Origin: a virus
Taxonomy: Duplodnaviria > Caudoviricetes
Direction: 5' to 3' (one strand)
IMG/VR virus record: IMGVR_UViG_3300042110_000458
Location: 1 to 39,698 of that record
DNA length: 39,698 nucleotides
Shown here in pieces: positions 18,013 to 27,289 of this stretch; positions within the stretch are counted from its first letter, which is position 1, and every line of letters starts with the position of its first letter. The translations under genes and the position numbers were made by a program. The notes under the pieces are model-generated. The model was not told the origin of the DNA. It made no database searches and saw only the letters and a program-made list of their open reading frames with translations.

Positions 18013-18547
18013 ACAAATACGCATCGCTTTCTTCAAGGGCGACAAGCACGAGTGGCATCACCGCTTCATCCGCTGGTGGACGAAGAGCCCCTACTCTCAC
18101 GCCGAGATAGTCATTGACGGTGACGCTTGGGTCTCCATCTCGCCCTTTCTCTTCACTCGAGTCGCAGCTCGACTCAGGACGCAGGTGCCCGATGACGAGT
18201 GGGACTACCTCGACTTCAGCGTGACTCCCGAGGAGCTGCACGCCCTGAAAGACTTCATCTCAGAGACTACAGGCGATGGCTACGACTGGATTGGGATGCT
18301 CCTCTCGCAGGTCCTTCCGATTATCGTGAAGGGAAAGGGACGCTGGTACTGCTCCCAGTGGATTGCCCACGCTCTCAGCCACGCCGGCATCGTGAAGTGG
18401 AAGAAGTTGGGCATCTATGAGTTCCCGGACCTCCACCCGGGCCGCCTCTTTGAGATCCTCTCGAAGGTCGAGGAGCTTCCGCTGGAGGACTCCGATGACA
18501 CGAGCATCTCGCCCCAATGGATTACCATTGGCTCTGAAAACGAATGA
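17999..18547 (+). CDS. Permuted papain-like NlpC/P60 (YiiX-type) amidase/peptidase
   Basis: IRWWT.SPYSHAEIV (His first)...GYDW...WYCSQ (Cys last). Confidence 0.8.
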   Translation: MRRTEQIRIAFFKGDKHEWHHRFIRWWTKSPYSHAEIVIDGDAWVSISPFLFTRVAARLRTQVPDDEWDYLDFSVTPEELHALKDFISETTGDGYDWIGMLLSQVLPIIVKGKGRWYCSQWIAHALSHAGIVKWKKLGIYEFPDLHPGRLFEILSKVEELPLEDSDDTSISPQWITIGSENE

Positions 18548-18562
18548 AACGGAGATAAACGC

Positions 18563-19342
18563 GTGTCAAGCGATGCAATAGCGATTGGTGGACTGGACCT
18601 CCGGAATGTCGATGCCATGGAACTACTCACCTCCCTTCCCGAGGAGAGTGTGGACGTCATCATCGCGGACCCTCCCTACTTCGAGATCGTGGGAAATGAT
18701 TGGGACCACCAGTGGAAGGACGAGGCCGCGTACCTCTCGTGGTGTGACGCCTGGGTACGACAGTGCTCTGTCGTGCTGAAGCCCGGCGGTGCCCTCTATG
18801 TCTGGGGCACGACCAAGACGGACACGTTCCTGCGTTTCAAGCTTGGGGTCATGAACCACCAAGCGAAGCTCGAGTACCGCAACTGGATCGTCTGGTCCTA
18901 CGACTGGGGTGGGCGGACAAAGAAGACGTGGCCCCGAAAACATGAGGACCTCCTCATGTACTCGAAGGGCCCGGATCTCCGGTGGTTCCCTTCACAGGTC
19001 GAGGTCCCGCGGAAGGTGACCAAGAACATCCGCACAGGTGAAGACTTCATGAACGGTAAGGTTCCCACCGACGTCTGGCAGCAGAACAACCACACCACGA
19101 GTCGGGAGTACTGCAGTTGGCACCCGACACAGAAGCCGGTGGCCTTGCTCGAGAGGTGCATCCTCGCCCACACCCAGCCCGGTGACGTGGTCCTCGACCC
19201 ATTCTCTGGCTCGGGCTCGACCGCGATAGCATCTCTCAAGAACGGAAGGAGGTTCATCGGTTCTGAGAGGGACGCCGGATACCACGAGAAGTCCCTCGTC
19301 CGGATAAGAGATCTCGTTGAAAACTCCCGTGCTGCGTTATAA
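18563..19342 (+). CDS. DNA N6-adenine/N4-cytosine methyltransferase, beta class (orphan)
   Basis: DPPY before HPTQKP and VLDPFSGSGST; no adjacent restriction enzyme. Confidence 0.93.
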   Translation: MSSDAIAIGGLDLRNVDAMELLTSLPEESVDVIIADPPYFEIVGNDWDHQWKDEAAYLSWCDAWVRQCSVVLKPGGALYVWGTTKTDTFLRFKLGVMNHQAKLEYRNWIVWSYDWGGRTKKTWPRKHEDLLMYSKGPDLRWFPSQVEVPRKVTKNIRTGEDFMNGKVPTDVWQQNNHTTSREYCSWHPTQKPVALLERCILAHTQPGDVVLDPFSGSGSTAIASLKNGRRFIGSERDAGYHEKSLVRIRDLVENSRAAL

Positions 19343-19350
19343 GATACAGC

Positions 19351-19539
19351 ATGAAAGAGAAACTGCTCCCGGTCGGTACCCTAGTGAGATTCAGGGAATC
19401 GATGACAAAAGTGGTTTACGCAGTTGTCATCAAGTCTGAGATGGACTGGCGGGGAAAGAGTGACCATGACATCTATGTCGGAGATTCCGAGAGGGTCTCA
19501 TACGGGTGGAGCACAGATGAACTCGTCCCGATTGAGTAA
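19351..19539 (+). CDS. Small KOW/SH3-like protein
   Basis: LPVGTLVRF...AVVI...DELVPI. Confidence 0.55.
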   Translation: MKEKLLPVGTLVRFRESMTKVVYAVVIKSEMDWRGKSDHDIYVGDSERVSYGWSTDELVPIE

Positions 19540-19789
19540 CCCGCCACCAGGCACTCTTATCGAGGTGAAGGCCAGCCACGGAGGCGGTGACAGGGTCACT
19601 CTCGGTTTCATGGACGACAGAGAAGAAGAAGTAGAGATTCCTATCGGCACACACGCCATAGTCATCGGTGAGTGGGTTCGCCCTTGGGACAAGGGAGACC
19701 CGATGCCGCTCATATCGTGCGATCACGGAGTCGGCTGGCTGTTTCGAGATGAGATTCTGGTGATCAATGAAAAGATTCCAGCCGGGTGA
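19517..19789 (+). CDS. Small SH3-like protein
   Basis: PPGTLIEV...IPIGTHAIVIG...GWLF.DEI; start uncertain. Confidence 0.55.
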   Translation: MNSSRLSNPPPGTLIEVKASHGGGDRVTLGFMDDREEEVEIPIGTHAIVIGEWVRPWDKGDPMPLISCDHGVGWLFRDEILVINEKIPAG

Positions 19790-20018
19790 CCTCGTCAGTC
19801 GTCGAATATGGGAAGACGAGACCTGTGACTGGAGAATCGTTGAGGGTGAGACGTGGGTCTACCTGGGAGGGTTTGAAGACGCCTGGGAGAGGTCTTTCGG
19901 TGATTTCTTGGCTCCTTTCGGAAGTATCGTGAGAGCGCCTGTTGCGTACTTTGTCGATGGAGAGGAAGCGAGGATACTTTCTCGTGTAGTCTGTCAAGAC
20001 GCTGGCGAGAAGAAGTGA
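19767..20018 (+). CDS. Small KOW/SH3-like protein
   Basis: FQPGDLVSR...VYLG. Confidence 0.55.
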   Translation: MKRFQPGDLVSRRIWEDETCDWRIVEGETWVYLGGFEDAWERSFGDFLAPFGSIVRAPVAYFVDGEEARILSRVVCQDAGEKK

Positions 20019-20281
20019 AAGTCCTCCCTGGGCAACTGAGAGTGTGGAGAGAGAAGTACTTTAGACTCACCGCACCTAGCGAAGGGTTCGAATATTTCAT
20101 CGTCCTATGGAAGAACGGAGACGGGAAATGGGCAGTGAGATTCAGGGGCGGGAAGCTGGAGGAGATGAAGGAGGAGGTGATCGAGGATCTGACTCAACTC
20201 CTGGATGCGCATTCCTCATTGTCGACACCCTTGTCAAGGCAACTCTCGTCGGGTTCTTCTACGTCCTCTTCGCAACAATAA
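20015..20281 (+). CDS. Small SH3-like protein
   Basis: VLPGQLRVW...FIVL...W.V.F..G; GTGA coupling. Confidence 0.55.
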   Translation: MKVLPGQLRVWREKYFRLTAPSEGFEYFIVLWKNGDGKWAVRFRGGKLEEMKEEVIEDLTQLLDAHSSLSTPLSRQLSSGSSTSSSQQ

Positions 20282-20297
20282 GGGTCCAGCTGGGGAT

Positions 20298-20540
20298 ATG
20301 AGAATCATCGTCCCGGGCACCATCATGCGGACGAGGATCGAGACAGAATTCGATCCCATGATTCCGGACTACAACGTGATGTTCTACGTGCCTGCACACG
20401 TCAATGTCCTCATCGTCAGCGTCTGGACAGGAACACTCTCAAACGCGACGAAGAATCACTGGGTCGAGGTCCTCTGGGATGGACGCAAGGGTTTCGTGTA
20501 CGCGCCCGATCTGGAGGACATCGATGCCGTCGCAGAGTGA
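20298..20540 (+). CDS. Small SH3-like protein
   Basis: IVPGTIMRT...WVEVLWDGRKGFVY..DL (SH3b-like ending). Confidence 0.6.
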   Translation: MRIIVPGTIMRTRIETEFDPMIPDYNVMFYVPAHVNVLIVSVWTGTLSNATKNHWVEVLWDGRKGFVYAPDLEDIDAVAE

Positions 20541-20751
20541 GCTCCCTGTCGGACACACTTACCGAGCAATCGACAACTGGGGCTCGGAAAGGGACATCTG
20601 CTGTGTTCTCTTGAGAGTGTGCCCGCCCGGTGACCAGGTCGTCGGTAGCAACCACTGGCACTTCGAGGTGTGGGACGGAGAGTCCAGGATTCTCCTCAAC
20701 ACTTCCTACTACACCCTCATCCCGCTTGAACAATCCGAAGACTCCCAATAG
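20524..20751 (+). CDS. Small SH3-like protein
   Basis: LPVGHTY...VLL...FEVWDG. Confidence 0.5.
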   Translation: MPSQSELPVGHTYRAIDNWGSERDICCVLLRVCPPGDQVVGSNHWHFEVWDGESRILLNTSYYTLIPLEQSEDSQ

Positions 20752-20754
20752 AAT
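20726..20754 (+). promoter_or_regulatory. Sigma70-like promoter TTGAAC-N17-TAGAAT
   Basis: Canonical spacing, upstream of GGAG RBS and ATG 20771. Confidence 0.45.
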
Positions 20755-20770
20755 TAACACTGGAGATACA

Positions 20771-21922
20771 ATGAAGTTTCACAAGTCTGACAACATTTGG
20801 ACTCTGGCCACTGACTCTCGAATGGACGTCCGCGACCAGCTTCCACCTGGAAACTTCACGGTGTGCAAGCACCCTCTCACGGGAGAGTACTACCTCGAGG
20901 AGAGCGAGGCCTTCGTCCTTCCAAAGAAGCTCTACGGGAAGACGGAGCGCTACGGTCGACGGATCCTCGACACCTTCTACGACCGCCAGCCTGGGACCCA
21001 GGTGGGTGTCTTCCTCAGTGGACTAAAGGGCTCCGGTAAGACTCTCCTGGCAAAGTATGTCGCGGTGACTTCTGGACTCCCCACCATCATCGTCAACACT
21101 CCCTTCTCTGACGAGCGCTTTATGCGGACGATCCAGGGGATCGAGCAGGCGGCTGTGGTCATCTTTGACGAGTTCGAGAAGCTCTATGACGAGGACGCGC
21201 AGGAGTCCATCCTCACTCTCTTTGACGGCGTCTACACCGCCCAGAACAAGGTGATGGTCATCACCTGCAACGACCGGTACAAGGTGAAGGGTTTCTTCCA
21301 CAACCGACCGAGTCGACTCCGCTACGCAATCTCCTATGACCGTCTCGACACCGAGTTCATCCGAGAGTACTGCGAGGACAAGCTCCAAGACTGTGGGAAG
21401 TACCTGGAGAAGATCACCACCCTCTCCGCACTCTGTGACGACTTCAACTTTGACATGCTCCAGGTCCTCGTGGACGAGCTCAACCGCTACGGTGGAGAGT
21501 TCGATGACGCCATCGAGGTCCTCAATGTGAAGCCGGCTGGCGGCAATAGTGGAGTCTTCTGGGTCCCGACCGTCACTACCCCGAAGCAGAAGGGCCGCAA
21601 GTGGAAGCCCCTCAACACGAGGTACGACGTCTCCCCTATCTACATGATCTCCAACGAGCGCTACGACAATAACATCAGCCTTCGGCTCGAGGAGGAGGGT
21701 ATCGCCAAGAAGGCCACTGATGACGACGGTGACGAGTGGGCAGAGGCAGATGAGAGGATGTACCTTGAGCTCCGCCAGGAACACCTCTTCCAGGTCGACC
21801 CGAACACTGGTACCTACGTCTTCCGAGTGCAGGACTACGACACCGAGTTCGAGGTCGTGTTCACGGAGGTCCGAAAGGGCGGTGGGTTGAGCAACTACAG
21901 TTTTGGTCGAGGTGACTTCTGA
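20771..21922 (+). CDS. AAA+ ATPase
   Basis: Walker A GLKGSGKT, Walker B VIFDEFEK, sensor TCN, NRPSR arginine finger. Confidence 0.9.
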   Translation: MKFHKSDNIWTLATDSRMDVRDQLPPGNFTVCKHPLTGEYYLEESEAFVLPKKLYGKTERYGRRILDTFYDRQPGTQVGVFLSGLKGSGKTLLAKYVAVTSGLPTIIVNTPFSDERFMRTIQGIEQAAVVIFDEFEKLYDEDAQESILTLFDGVYTAQNKVMVITCNDRYKVKGFFHNRPSRLRYAISYDRLDTEFIREYCEDKLQDCGKYLEKITTLSALCDDFNFDMLQVLVDELNRYGGEFDDAIEVLNVKPAGGNSGVFWVPTVTTPKQKGRKWKPLNTRYDVSPIYMISNERYDNNISLRLEEEGIAKKATDDDGDEWAEADERMYLELRQEHLFQVDPNTGTYVFRVQDYDTEFEVVFTEVRKGGGLSNYSFGRGDF

Positions 21923-22131
21923 TGAACCAGAGGGAAGAGAATCTCATGACATGGTTCTTCATGTTTGCGGCTTTCATGAGTGTCATCGCGTGGGGGTCCT
22001 TGACATGGGAGTTTGAGGAAAGATGCAAGAGCGTCTGTTATCCCAAAGAGTCTATCACGCCGCTCTACAATTTTGAGCACTCATGCTTTTGTAGCGAGGG
22101 AAACGGAAAGTGGCGCAGAGAGTTTCCTTAA
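21922..22131 (+). CDS. Small membrane protein with Cys-rich tail
   Basis: N-terminal TM helix; CxxxC...CxC. Confidence 0.55.
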   Translation: MNQREENLMTWFFMFAAFMSVIAWGSLTWEFEERCKSVCYPKESITPLYNFEHSCFCSEGNGKWRREFP

Positions 22132-22167
22132 GGCGCAATTTCACGATATTTAAGGAAAGAGGAAAAT

Positions 22168-22563
22168 GTGTCACTGTATAACGTAAAGCCGCACCACGGA
22201 AACTCTTCCGAGTACATGGTCTCGTCATGGCCTTGGGTCACTTCTTCGCTCGTTGCCACCTCCGCAGTCGAGTTCAGATTCGACTATGTCACTCGCTGGG
22301 TCATGGTCTCGAATGACGACGCTTCCAACGGTAACAAGGACATCTATTTCGGCTTCACCCAGAACGGTGTGAACGGTGGAAATCACTTTCATGTGCATCC
22401 CGGGGAACATGTGGGCCCCATTGAAGTGAAATGCACGAGCATCTGGGCAAAGAGCGACCAGTCTGGGGGATCTCCGATCTCAATCATGGTCGGCCTGACT
22501 AACGTGACGTCATCTGACTTTCCGTCGATCACTGGCTCAAATGGCTTCGCTAATGTCGGTTGA
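22168..22563 (+). CDS. Putative virion structural protein, paralog 1
   Basis: S/T/G/N-rich beta protein; aligns end to end with 22641..23033; ATATTTA motif upstream. Confidence 0.65.
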   Translation: MSLYNVKPHHGNSSEYMVSSWPWVTSSLVATSAVEFRFDYVTRWVMVSNDDASNGNKDIYFGFTQNGVNGGNHFHVHPGEHVGPIEVKCTSIWAKSDQSGGSPISIMVGLTNVTSSDFPSITGSNGFANVG

Positions 22564-22640
22564 TTTATCACTTCAAATCGATGATATGTTACTCTAGAAT
22601 GCGACTATCCGAGAATGGATAGTTATCCCTGGAGAGAAAG

Positions 22641-23033
22641 ATGTCAATGAACAATCCGAACTGGGGCGAAGGGTACGTCCCAGCGTACCAGATCTCGGCG
22701 TCACCCTTTGTGACATCATCGAACGTTGCCCTGGGCTCGACCAAGGAAATTGCCTTTCAGGGAGTCACCCGCTTCTTCACCGTGAAGAACACTGGAGCGT
22801 CTTCCACGGTCATTGCGGTCGGATTCACGCAGAACGGTCTCACTTCGGCGAATTCAAACTTCTTCACTCTCAGCGGTTCAGAGGCTTATTCGGGAGAGAT
22901 CAGGACAGACAGGTTGTTTATCTCGGGGTCCTCGGGTTCTCCGACTTTTACCATTGTCGCTGGTCTCACTCCCATCTCTTCTGCAAGCTTTCTCCGAGTG
23001 ACATCTTCGAATGGATTCCCAGGGGTCGGCTGA
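22641..23033 (+). CDS. Putative virion structural protein, paralog 2
   Basis: YQ.S..PFVTSS, F..VTR, GFTQNG, GLT and SNGF..VG shared with paralog 1; ATAGTTA upstream. Confidence 0.65.
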   Translation: MSMNNPNWGEGYVPAYQISASPFVTSSNVALGSTKEIAFQGVTRFFTVKNTGASSTVIAVGFTQNGLTSANSNFFTLSGSEAYSGEIRTDRLFISGSSGSPTFTIVAGLTPISSASFLRVTSSNGFPGVG

Positions 23034-23159
23034 ACTATGTTCGGAAACTTCTCGTACGAGCTTCTCAGAGTTCTTGAGAGAATGTGGCAACGCAAGAGAT
23101 AAAGTCCCACTCTTCAACTTAGAGTCTTGACAGGAAGACTCAGCTTGTTGGAACACTTC

Positions 23160-23363
23160 ATGGGACTCCGCGTCGGTGACCTTGTCAAGGTTGACATAGG
23201 TCCGCGGTATTACGTGGGATATGACGCTCTTGTGATTGGACTTGAGCTTGTGGAAGACCCGAGCGAGGATCTCATCAAGGAACCAGAGCCCAACATCAGA
23301 GTCCTGTGTCGTGAAGAGACTGTTGTTCTATACGCTGGTTGGGTCTCGAAAGTCAACCAGTAG
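23160..23363 (+). CDS. Small KOW/SH3-like protein
   Basis: LRVGDLVKV...ALVIG. Confidence 0.55.
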   Translation: MGLRVGDLVKVDIGPRYYVGYDALVIGLELVEDPSEDLIKEPEPNIRVLCREETVVLYAGWVSKVNQ

Positions 23364-23500
23364 AGGAGGGAAAGTGCAGGATGAGGGAAAGAGTTTCACC
23401 GTAACTTACGCCAACGGTGACAGCATGACTTACAATGAGAGAGATCTCACGAACGGCTTCGATGAGACGTGTTTTCCCGACAATGAAGCCGAGTGTAACG

Positions 23501-23788
23501 ATGAGTGAGAGACTTATCGAGGGAGAGATTGCAAAGATCGTGTGTTGGGAGTGTGAGGGAATAGAGCCACCGTATGGCTGGGCAAGTCTGGATAAGGCGC
23601 AGGAGGGACGTGCCCGCCTGAAGGGGAAGAAGAAGATTCGACCCGAGACCGACGCCCTTGTCATTGAGCGTGTCGAGACAGCTGCGAAGAACCTCATGGA
23701 AGAGGACCTCGGTAAGGGAATCTACTACTGGTGTGTGACAGACTCAGGTCGTCTTCTTGTGGACTCGAGGTTTCTCAAGGCCCTCTGA
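23501..23788 (+). CDS. Hypothetical protein, possible SH3-like
   Basis: LIEGEIAKI...ALVIE...FLKAL. Confidence 0.5.
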   Translation: MSERLIEGEIAKIVCWECEGIEPPYGWASLDKAQEGRARLKGKKKIRPETDALVIERVETAAKNLMEEDLGKGIYYWCVTDSGRLLVDSRFLKAL

Positions 23789-23814
23789 TCGCATACTTAG
23801 CTCGGAGGATCAAG

Positions 23815-24519
23815 ATGAACTACACACCCGAGCAGAAACACGCTATCGACTGCGTGCTTGCGATTTTCGAGACAGGAAAGGTTCCCACGGCCGCTTCGTA
23901 CTCAACCTGCACGGTCCTGAAAGACGGAGCGGGGATATCGTACGGCAAGCACCAGTGCACGGACAAGGCAGGTTCCCTTGACCTCGTGTGTAAGAAGTAC
24001 ATCGAGTTGAAGGGCGTCCATGCTGCTGAGCTCTCACAGTACCTGGGCTACCTCGCGACCAACGAGTCCGCGAAGGTCGACCCGAAGGGACCGTTCCCAG
24101 CGTGGCTCACTGCACTCATCAATCTCCTGAAGACCTGTGGCGCTGATCCGATCATGCAGCAGGCCCAGGATTTCGTGTTCGACCAGAACTACTTCCTGCC
24201 CGCTGTCAACCACGCGAAGGACATCGGTCTCACCACCGCCCTCGGTCTTCTCGCGATCTATGACACCTGCATCCACTCGGGTCCGGGAAGGGTCGGGACC
24301 CACCGAGCCGCGTTCCCCGAGAAGTCACCGAAGAACGGTGGTGATGAGAAGGCCTGGGTGAAGGCATACCTCAATGCCCGACGTGCCTGGCTCTCTGGGA
24401 ACAACAACCCGATAGTTCAGAAGACGGTTTACCGCCAGGATGCGATCCTCGACCTCATCAAGGCCGACAACTGGGAGCTGAGGCTTCCTTTCTCGGTGCG
24501 GGGAGTCAAGGTCGGTTAG
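23815..24519 (+). CDS. Lysozyme-superfamily muramidase (chitosanase/GH46-like), candidate endolysin
   Basis: IFETG...DGAGISYGKHQ.T...GSL; Q..F...Y..PA; YDT.IHSG; GGAGG RBS and ATACTTA upstream. Confidence 0.75.
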   Translation: MNYTPEQKHAIDCVLAIFETGKVPTAASYSTCTVLKDGAGISYGKHQCTDKAGSLDLVCKKYIELKGVHAAELSQYLGYLATNESAKVDPKGPFPAWLTALINLLKTCGADPIMQQAQDFVFDQNYFLPAVNHAKDIGLTTALGLLAIYDTCIHSGPGRVGTHRAAFPEKSPKNGGDEKAWVKAYLNARRAWLSGNNNPIVQKTVYRQDAILDLIKADNWELRLPFSVRGVKVG

Positions 24520-24931
24520 ACAGGTTCTCTGAGTTCTCGAACCACAGAAGCTTGGGGACGTTGGTGTAGAGCACGGTGATCTCCTCGCCGGGCTCTATCA
24601 CTTTCCTTGCTCGGATCTCGATCTGCTGCTTGTCATTGTTCACCTTCCAGTGTGCGTTGTTGTCGCTGGAGTGATTGTAGATCGACGCCCACCCAAGGGC
24701 GACATGGGCTATCCCGTACGAGTTGAAGACGTAGTCGTGGAAAATTGTCCTGTCGCAGTTTGCGTCGTACAGCATGCTGAGGAGAGAGTCCTCACAGGAG
24801 AAAGTGGGAGCCCTCTCTATCAGCTCGTCTTTCTCGTAACGCCGTAACGCGAAGACTCCACGGCCCTTCCCGGGAGAATCCTTGATCTCTGCGTCAGGGA
24901 AAAAGAAACCCTTTCGGTCGCTCCTGAACAA
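24506..24931 (-). CDS. SET-domain lysine methyltransferase
   Basis: KGRGVFA, YNHS.DNN and I.PGEEITV.Y SET signature motifs. Confidence 0.9.
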   Translation of the reverse strand: MFRSDRKGFFFPDAEIKDSPGKGRGVFALRRYEKDELIERAPTFSCEDSLLSMLYDANCDRTIFHDYVFNSYGIAHVALGWASIYNHSSDNNAHWKVNNDKQQIEIRARKVIEPGEEITVLYTNVPKLLWFENSENLSNRP

Positions 24932-24980
24932 TCGGCCGTCTCCGTATACTTTCTTACAGAATCATTTGGAGGAGAAGTCC

Positions 24981-26126
24981 GTGGTAAATCTTCTAATGCT
25001 CGCGGCCTGCATGGACAATGAGATCCATCGCGTGAAGGACCCAGTTTCTGACGGCACACCGCAGATTCAGGTGACACCTGAGTCCGTGGAATACGGGGTC
25101 GTGCCTGCCGGGGAGTCTGCGGCTCAAGTCATCACGATGTCCTCTGTCGGTGATGTCACCCTCAATGTGACCGCAATGCAGATCGGTGACGGTCGTGAGA
25201 CTTTCACTCTCTTGGAACCTCTCCCGGGATCCTATGAGCCCGGTTCGTCTGCAGAGCTCACTATCACCTACACATCCGACGGGAGCGAGACATCAGGTGA
25301 CCTTCAAATCCTTTCTAATGATCCTGCTAATCCTAACCTTCGTGTGCCTCTGCTAGCCGGAGCAGAAGTTGTGGACACGGGAGACACGAGCAATGATCCC
25401 CCGCCGCTCTCCCAGCCTATCGCAGTATGCTCTGTCGACCCAGTCGAGGTTCTTGCCATCCATGAGTCTGCTGACTGGATTGGCAGCTCTTCCTACGATG
25501 ACGGGTCAATAGTGTCGTACGACTGGTCTCTAATTTCAGCTCCGGCCGGAGCAACGGCCACGATGCCCGGGGGCGCTGCTAATCGGAGAGGATTCACGCC
25601 TGACGTAGCCGGTGAGTATATCGGTCAGCTCATTGTCACGGACAACGATGGCATCTCTTCTGAGCCCTGCACTGCGACCCTCAATGCAACTGCGGGTGAC
25701 GGTCTCTGGATCGAGATGTTCTGGGTCCACTCGGGTGACGACATGGATCTCCACCTGCTGGATGACGGAGGGGCTCTCACCACGAACTCTGACTGTTACT
25801 ACGCAAACTGCACTTGGGGAGGGCTCAACTGGGGAGGCACCGGATCCTCTGACGACCCGATACTTGACCTCGACGACATACCGGGAACGGGTCCTGAGAA
25901 CATCAACATTGGTTCTCCAGCTCGCGGAACGTACACGGTCTACGTGCATGACTATCCGGGGAGCACCTACATCGGTCGCAATGACGTCACTGTGAACGTG
26001 TACTTTGCGAGCAGCCTTGTCTGGACTGACACTCGAAATGTCAACTCGGAGGGATGTTATGAGCCCTTTGTCGAGGTCACCGTCCCAGGCGGCGTCACGA
26101 CCGACCTGATGGGGAGCTGTCGGTGA
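24981..26126 (+). CDS. Myxobacterial-type lipoprotein with Ig-like, PKD-like and YfaP-like domains
   Basis: GGAGG RBS; LAAC lipobox; I.V.P..V.YG...L.I.SNDP; S.D.G.IV.Y.W...F.PD.AG.Y; DMDLH...LD.DD..G.GPENI. Confidence 0.75.
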   Translation: MVNLLMLAACMDNEIHRVKDPVSDGTPQIQVTPESVEYGVVPAGESAAQVITMSSVGDVTLNVTAMQIGDGRETFTLLEPLPGSYEPGSSAELTITYTSDGSETSGDLQILSNDPANPNLRVPLLAGAEVVDTGDTSNDPPPLSQPIAVCSVDPVEVLAIHESADWIGSSSYDDGSIVSYDWSLISAPAGATATMPGGAANRRGFTPDVAGEYIGQLIVTDNDGISSEPCTATLNATAGDGLWIEMFWVHSGDDMDLHLLDDGGALTTNSDCYYANCTWGGLNWGGTGSSDDPILDLDDIPGTGPENINIGSPARGTYTVYVHDYPGSTYIGRNDVTVNVYFASSLVWTDTRNVNSEGCYEPFVEVTVPGGVTTDLMGSCR

Positions 26127-26266
26127 TCGAGTGGGTTGTCGACAAGGCTTTCACGTTCTTCATGTGGACCCTGCTTGACCCTGAGGGACGCAATTTCTTC
26201 TATGCAATGAACGCTTTGATAATTTTGGGTTGTCTGTCTCTCCTCTACTTCACGAGAGATAAGTAG
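26123..26266 (+). CDS. Small membrane protein (47 aa)
   Basis: GTGA coupling; two hydrophobic stretches. Confidence 0.4.
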   Translation: MIEWVVDKAFTFFMWTLLDPEGRNFFYAMNALIILGCLSLLYFTRDK

Positions 26267-26270
26267 AGTC

Positions 26271-26492
26271 ATGGGATGGAGAACTGCAGGAGACCCCGCG
26301 ACACCAGGTCACAGTGGGCTGGCCCCAAAAGCGAAGACAAGGGCTCCTCACGACCGCACCTACGGCGCCCAGGATGACATGCTTGACGAGCCGGGGACGA
26401 TTGTCGAGCCTGACATGAGAGAGAAGATCTCCCAGTACTTCAAGACGATGAAACTTCGGGAGTGGGTGAGACTTATTTTACGAGAAAGTTGA
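26271..26492 (+). CDS. Hypothetical protein ending in LREWVRLILRES
   Basis: ATAAGTA motif 5 nt before ATG; leader-like motif at C-terminus. Confidence 0.55.
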   Translation: MGWRTAGDPATPGHSGLAPKAKTRAPHDRTYGAQDDMLDEPGTIVEPDMREKISQYFKTMKLREWVRLILRES

Positions 26493-26497
26493 TCGGT

Positions 26498-26529
26498 CTA
26501 TTCCAATTTCGTGAGACTTGTATTACTAT
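26498..26529 (+). promoter_or_regulatory. Class B promoter CTATTCCAATTTC ... TACTAT
   Basis: 13-bp box identical at 36679 and 39645; TTCCAA-N17 to -10 hexamer. Confidence 0.75.
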
Positions 26530-26553
26530 CACAATACAAGGAGGCCACCCACC

Positions 26554-26991
26554 ATGAAGTACGACCACCGGGAACCCTTCCACCGCGCCTTCCTGGCGAC
26601 CCACCTCCGTGAGGCGCTTGAGACCGCTGGTTTCTCCCCAGTGACCGGTCGCCACCCAGCGGAGGAGGAGGTCTGGACCCGCCCGGTCGAGGGGACGAAG
26701 TTCAAGATCAAGGTCTACACCTCCATCGTCGACAACGAAGTCCGCCTCGTCGGCGCGGACGCCATCCGGGTGGTCGGCTCCTACGAGAACGATGGAAAGA
26801 CGAAGGGCCTTGTCGGCAATGCCTCGGTCCACCGTCGCGGCACGGTGGAAGACATCAAGGAACGCACTATCCAGCGTGCCCGAGACACCTGGACCAAGTG
26901 CCGGTCCAACGGAAAGTGTAAGTGTGGCGCTCCCCTCCTGGTCTCCAAGAAGGGTAACTCTTATTGTTCTGACCTTTGCTGGAAGTCCTGA
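26554..26991 (+). CDS. Hypothetical protein with C-terminal Zn-ribbon
   Basis: AAGGAGG RBS; CKCG...YCSDLCW. Confidence 0.7.
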   Translation: MKYDHREPFHRAFLATHLREALETAGFSPVTGRHPAEEEVWTRPVEGTKFKIKVYTSIVDNEVRLVGADAIRVVGSYENDGKTKGLVGNASVHRRGTVEDIKERTIQRARDTWTKCRSNGKCKCGAPLLVSKKGNSYCSDLCWKS

Positions 26992-27257
26992 TGGAGACAA
27001 AATTCAAGAAGGGAGACCTCGTGCTCGTCAAGCACCGGGTCAATGAGAGGCTCTTCTCCCATGATGAGGAGCTCAGGCACGGTGTGGTTGTGGATGTTCG
27101 ACCCTTCGTCATCGGTGGCTCAGGAGTGAGCTCGTGGATTGGGGGCTGGGCGTTCACGCAGGAGGACAAGCGCAGCGAGTACCTCATCGTTTCCCCGAGT
27201 GGAGAGTTCGAGTCCTGGTTTGACGAGAAGAATGTCCATGAAGTGAACACGGTCTAG
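26991..27257 (+). CDS. Small KOW/SH3-like protein
   Basis: FKKGDLVLV...HGVVVD...WF.E.NV. Confidence 0.65.
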   Translation: METKFKKGDLVLVKHRVNERLFSHDEELRHGVVVDVRPFVIGGSGVSSWIGGWAFTQEDKRSEYLIVSPSGEFESWFDEKNVHEVNTV

Positions 27258-27289
27258 ATTTTGGTTACCCTTGACTTCGGAAGGGTCCA

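Noticed and set aside
18563-19342. Restriction-modification system
   Set aside because: No nuclease-like neighbour; orphan methyltransferases are ordinary in phages
16714-21784. Long antisense ORFs 16714..17715 and 21023..21784, and similar ones throughout
   Set aside because: Expected stop-poor mirror frames of GC3-rich genes; no RBS or motifs
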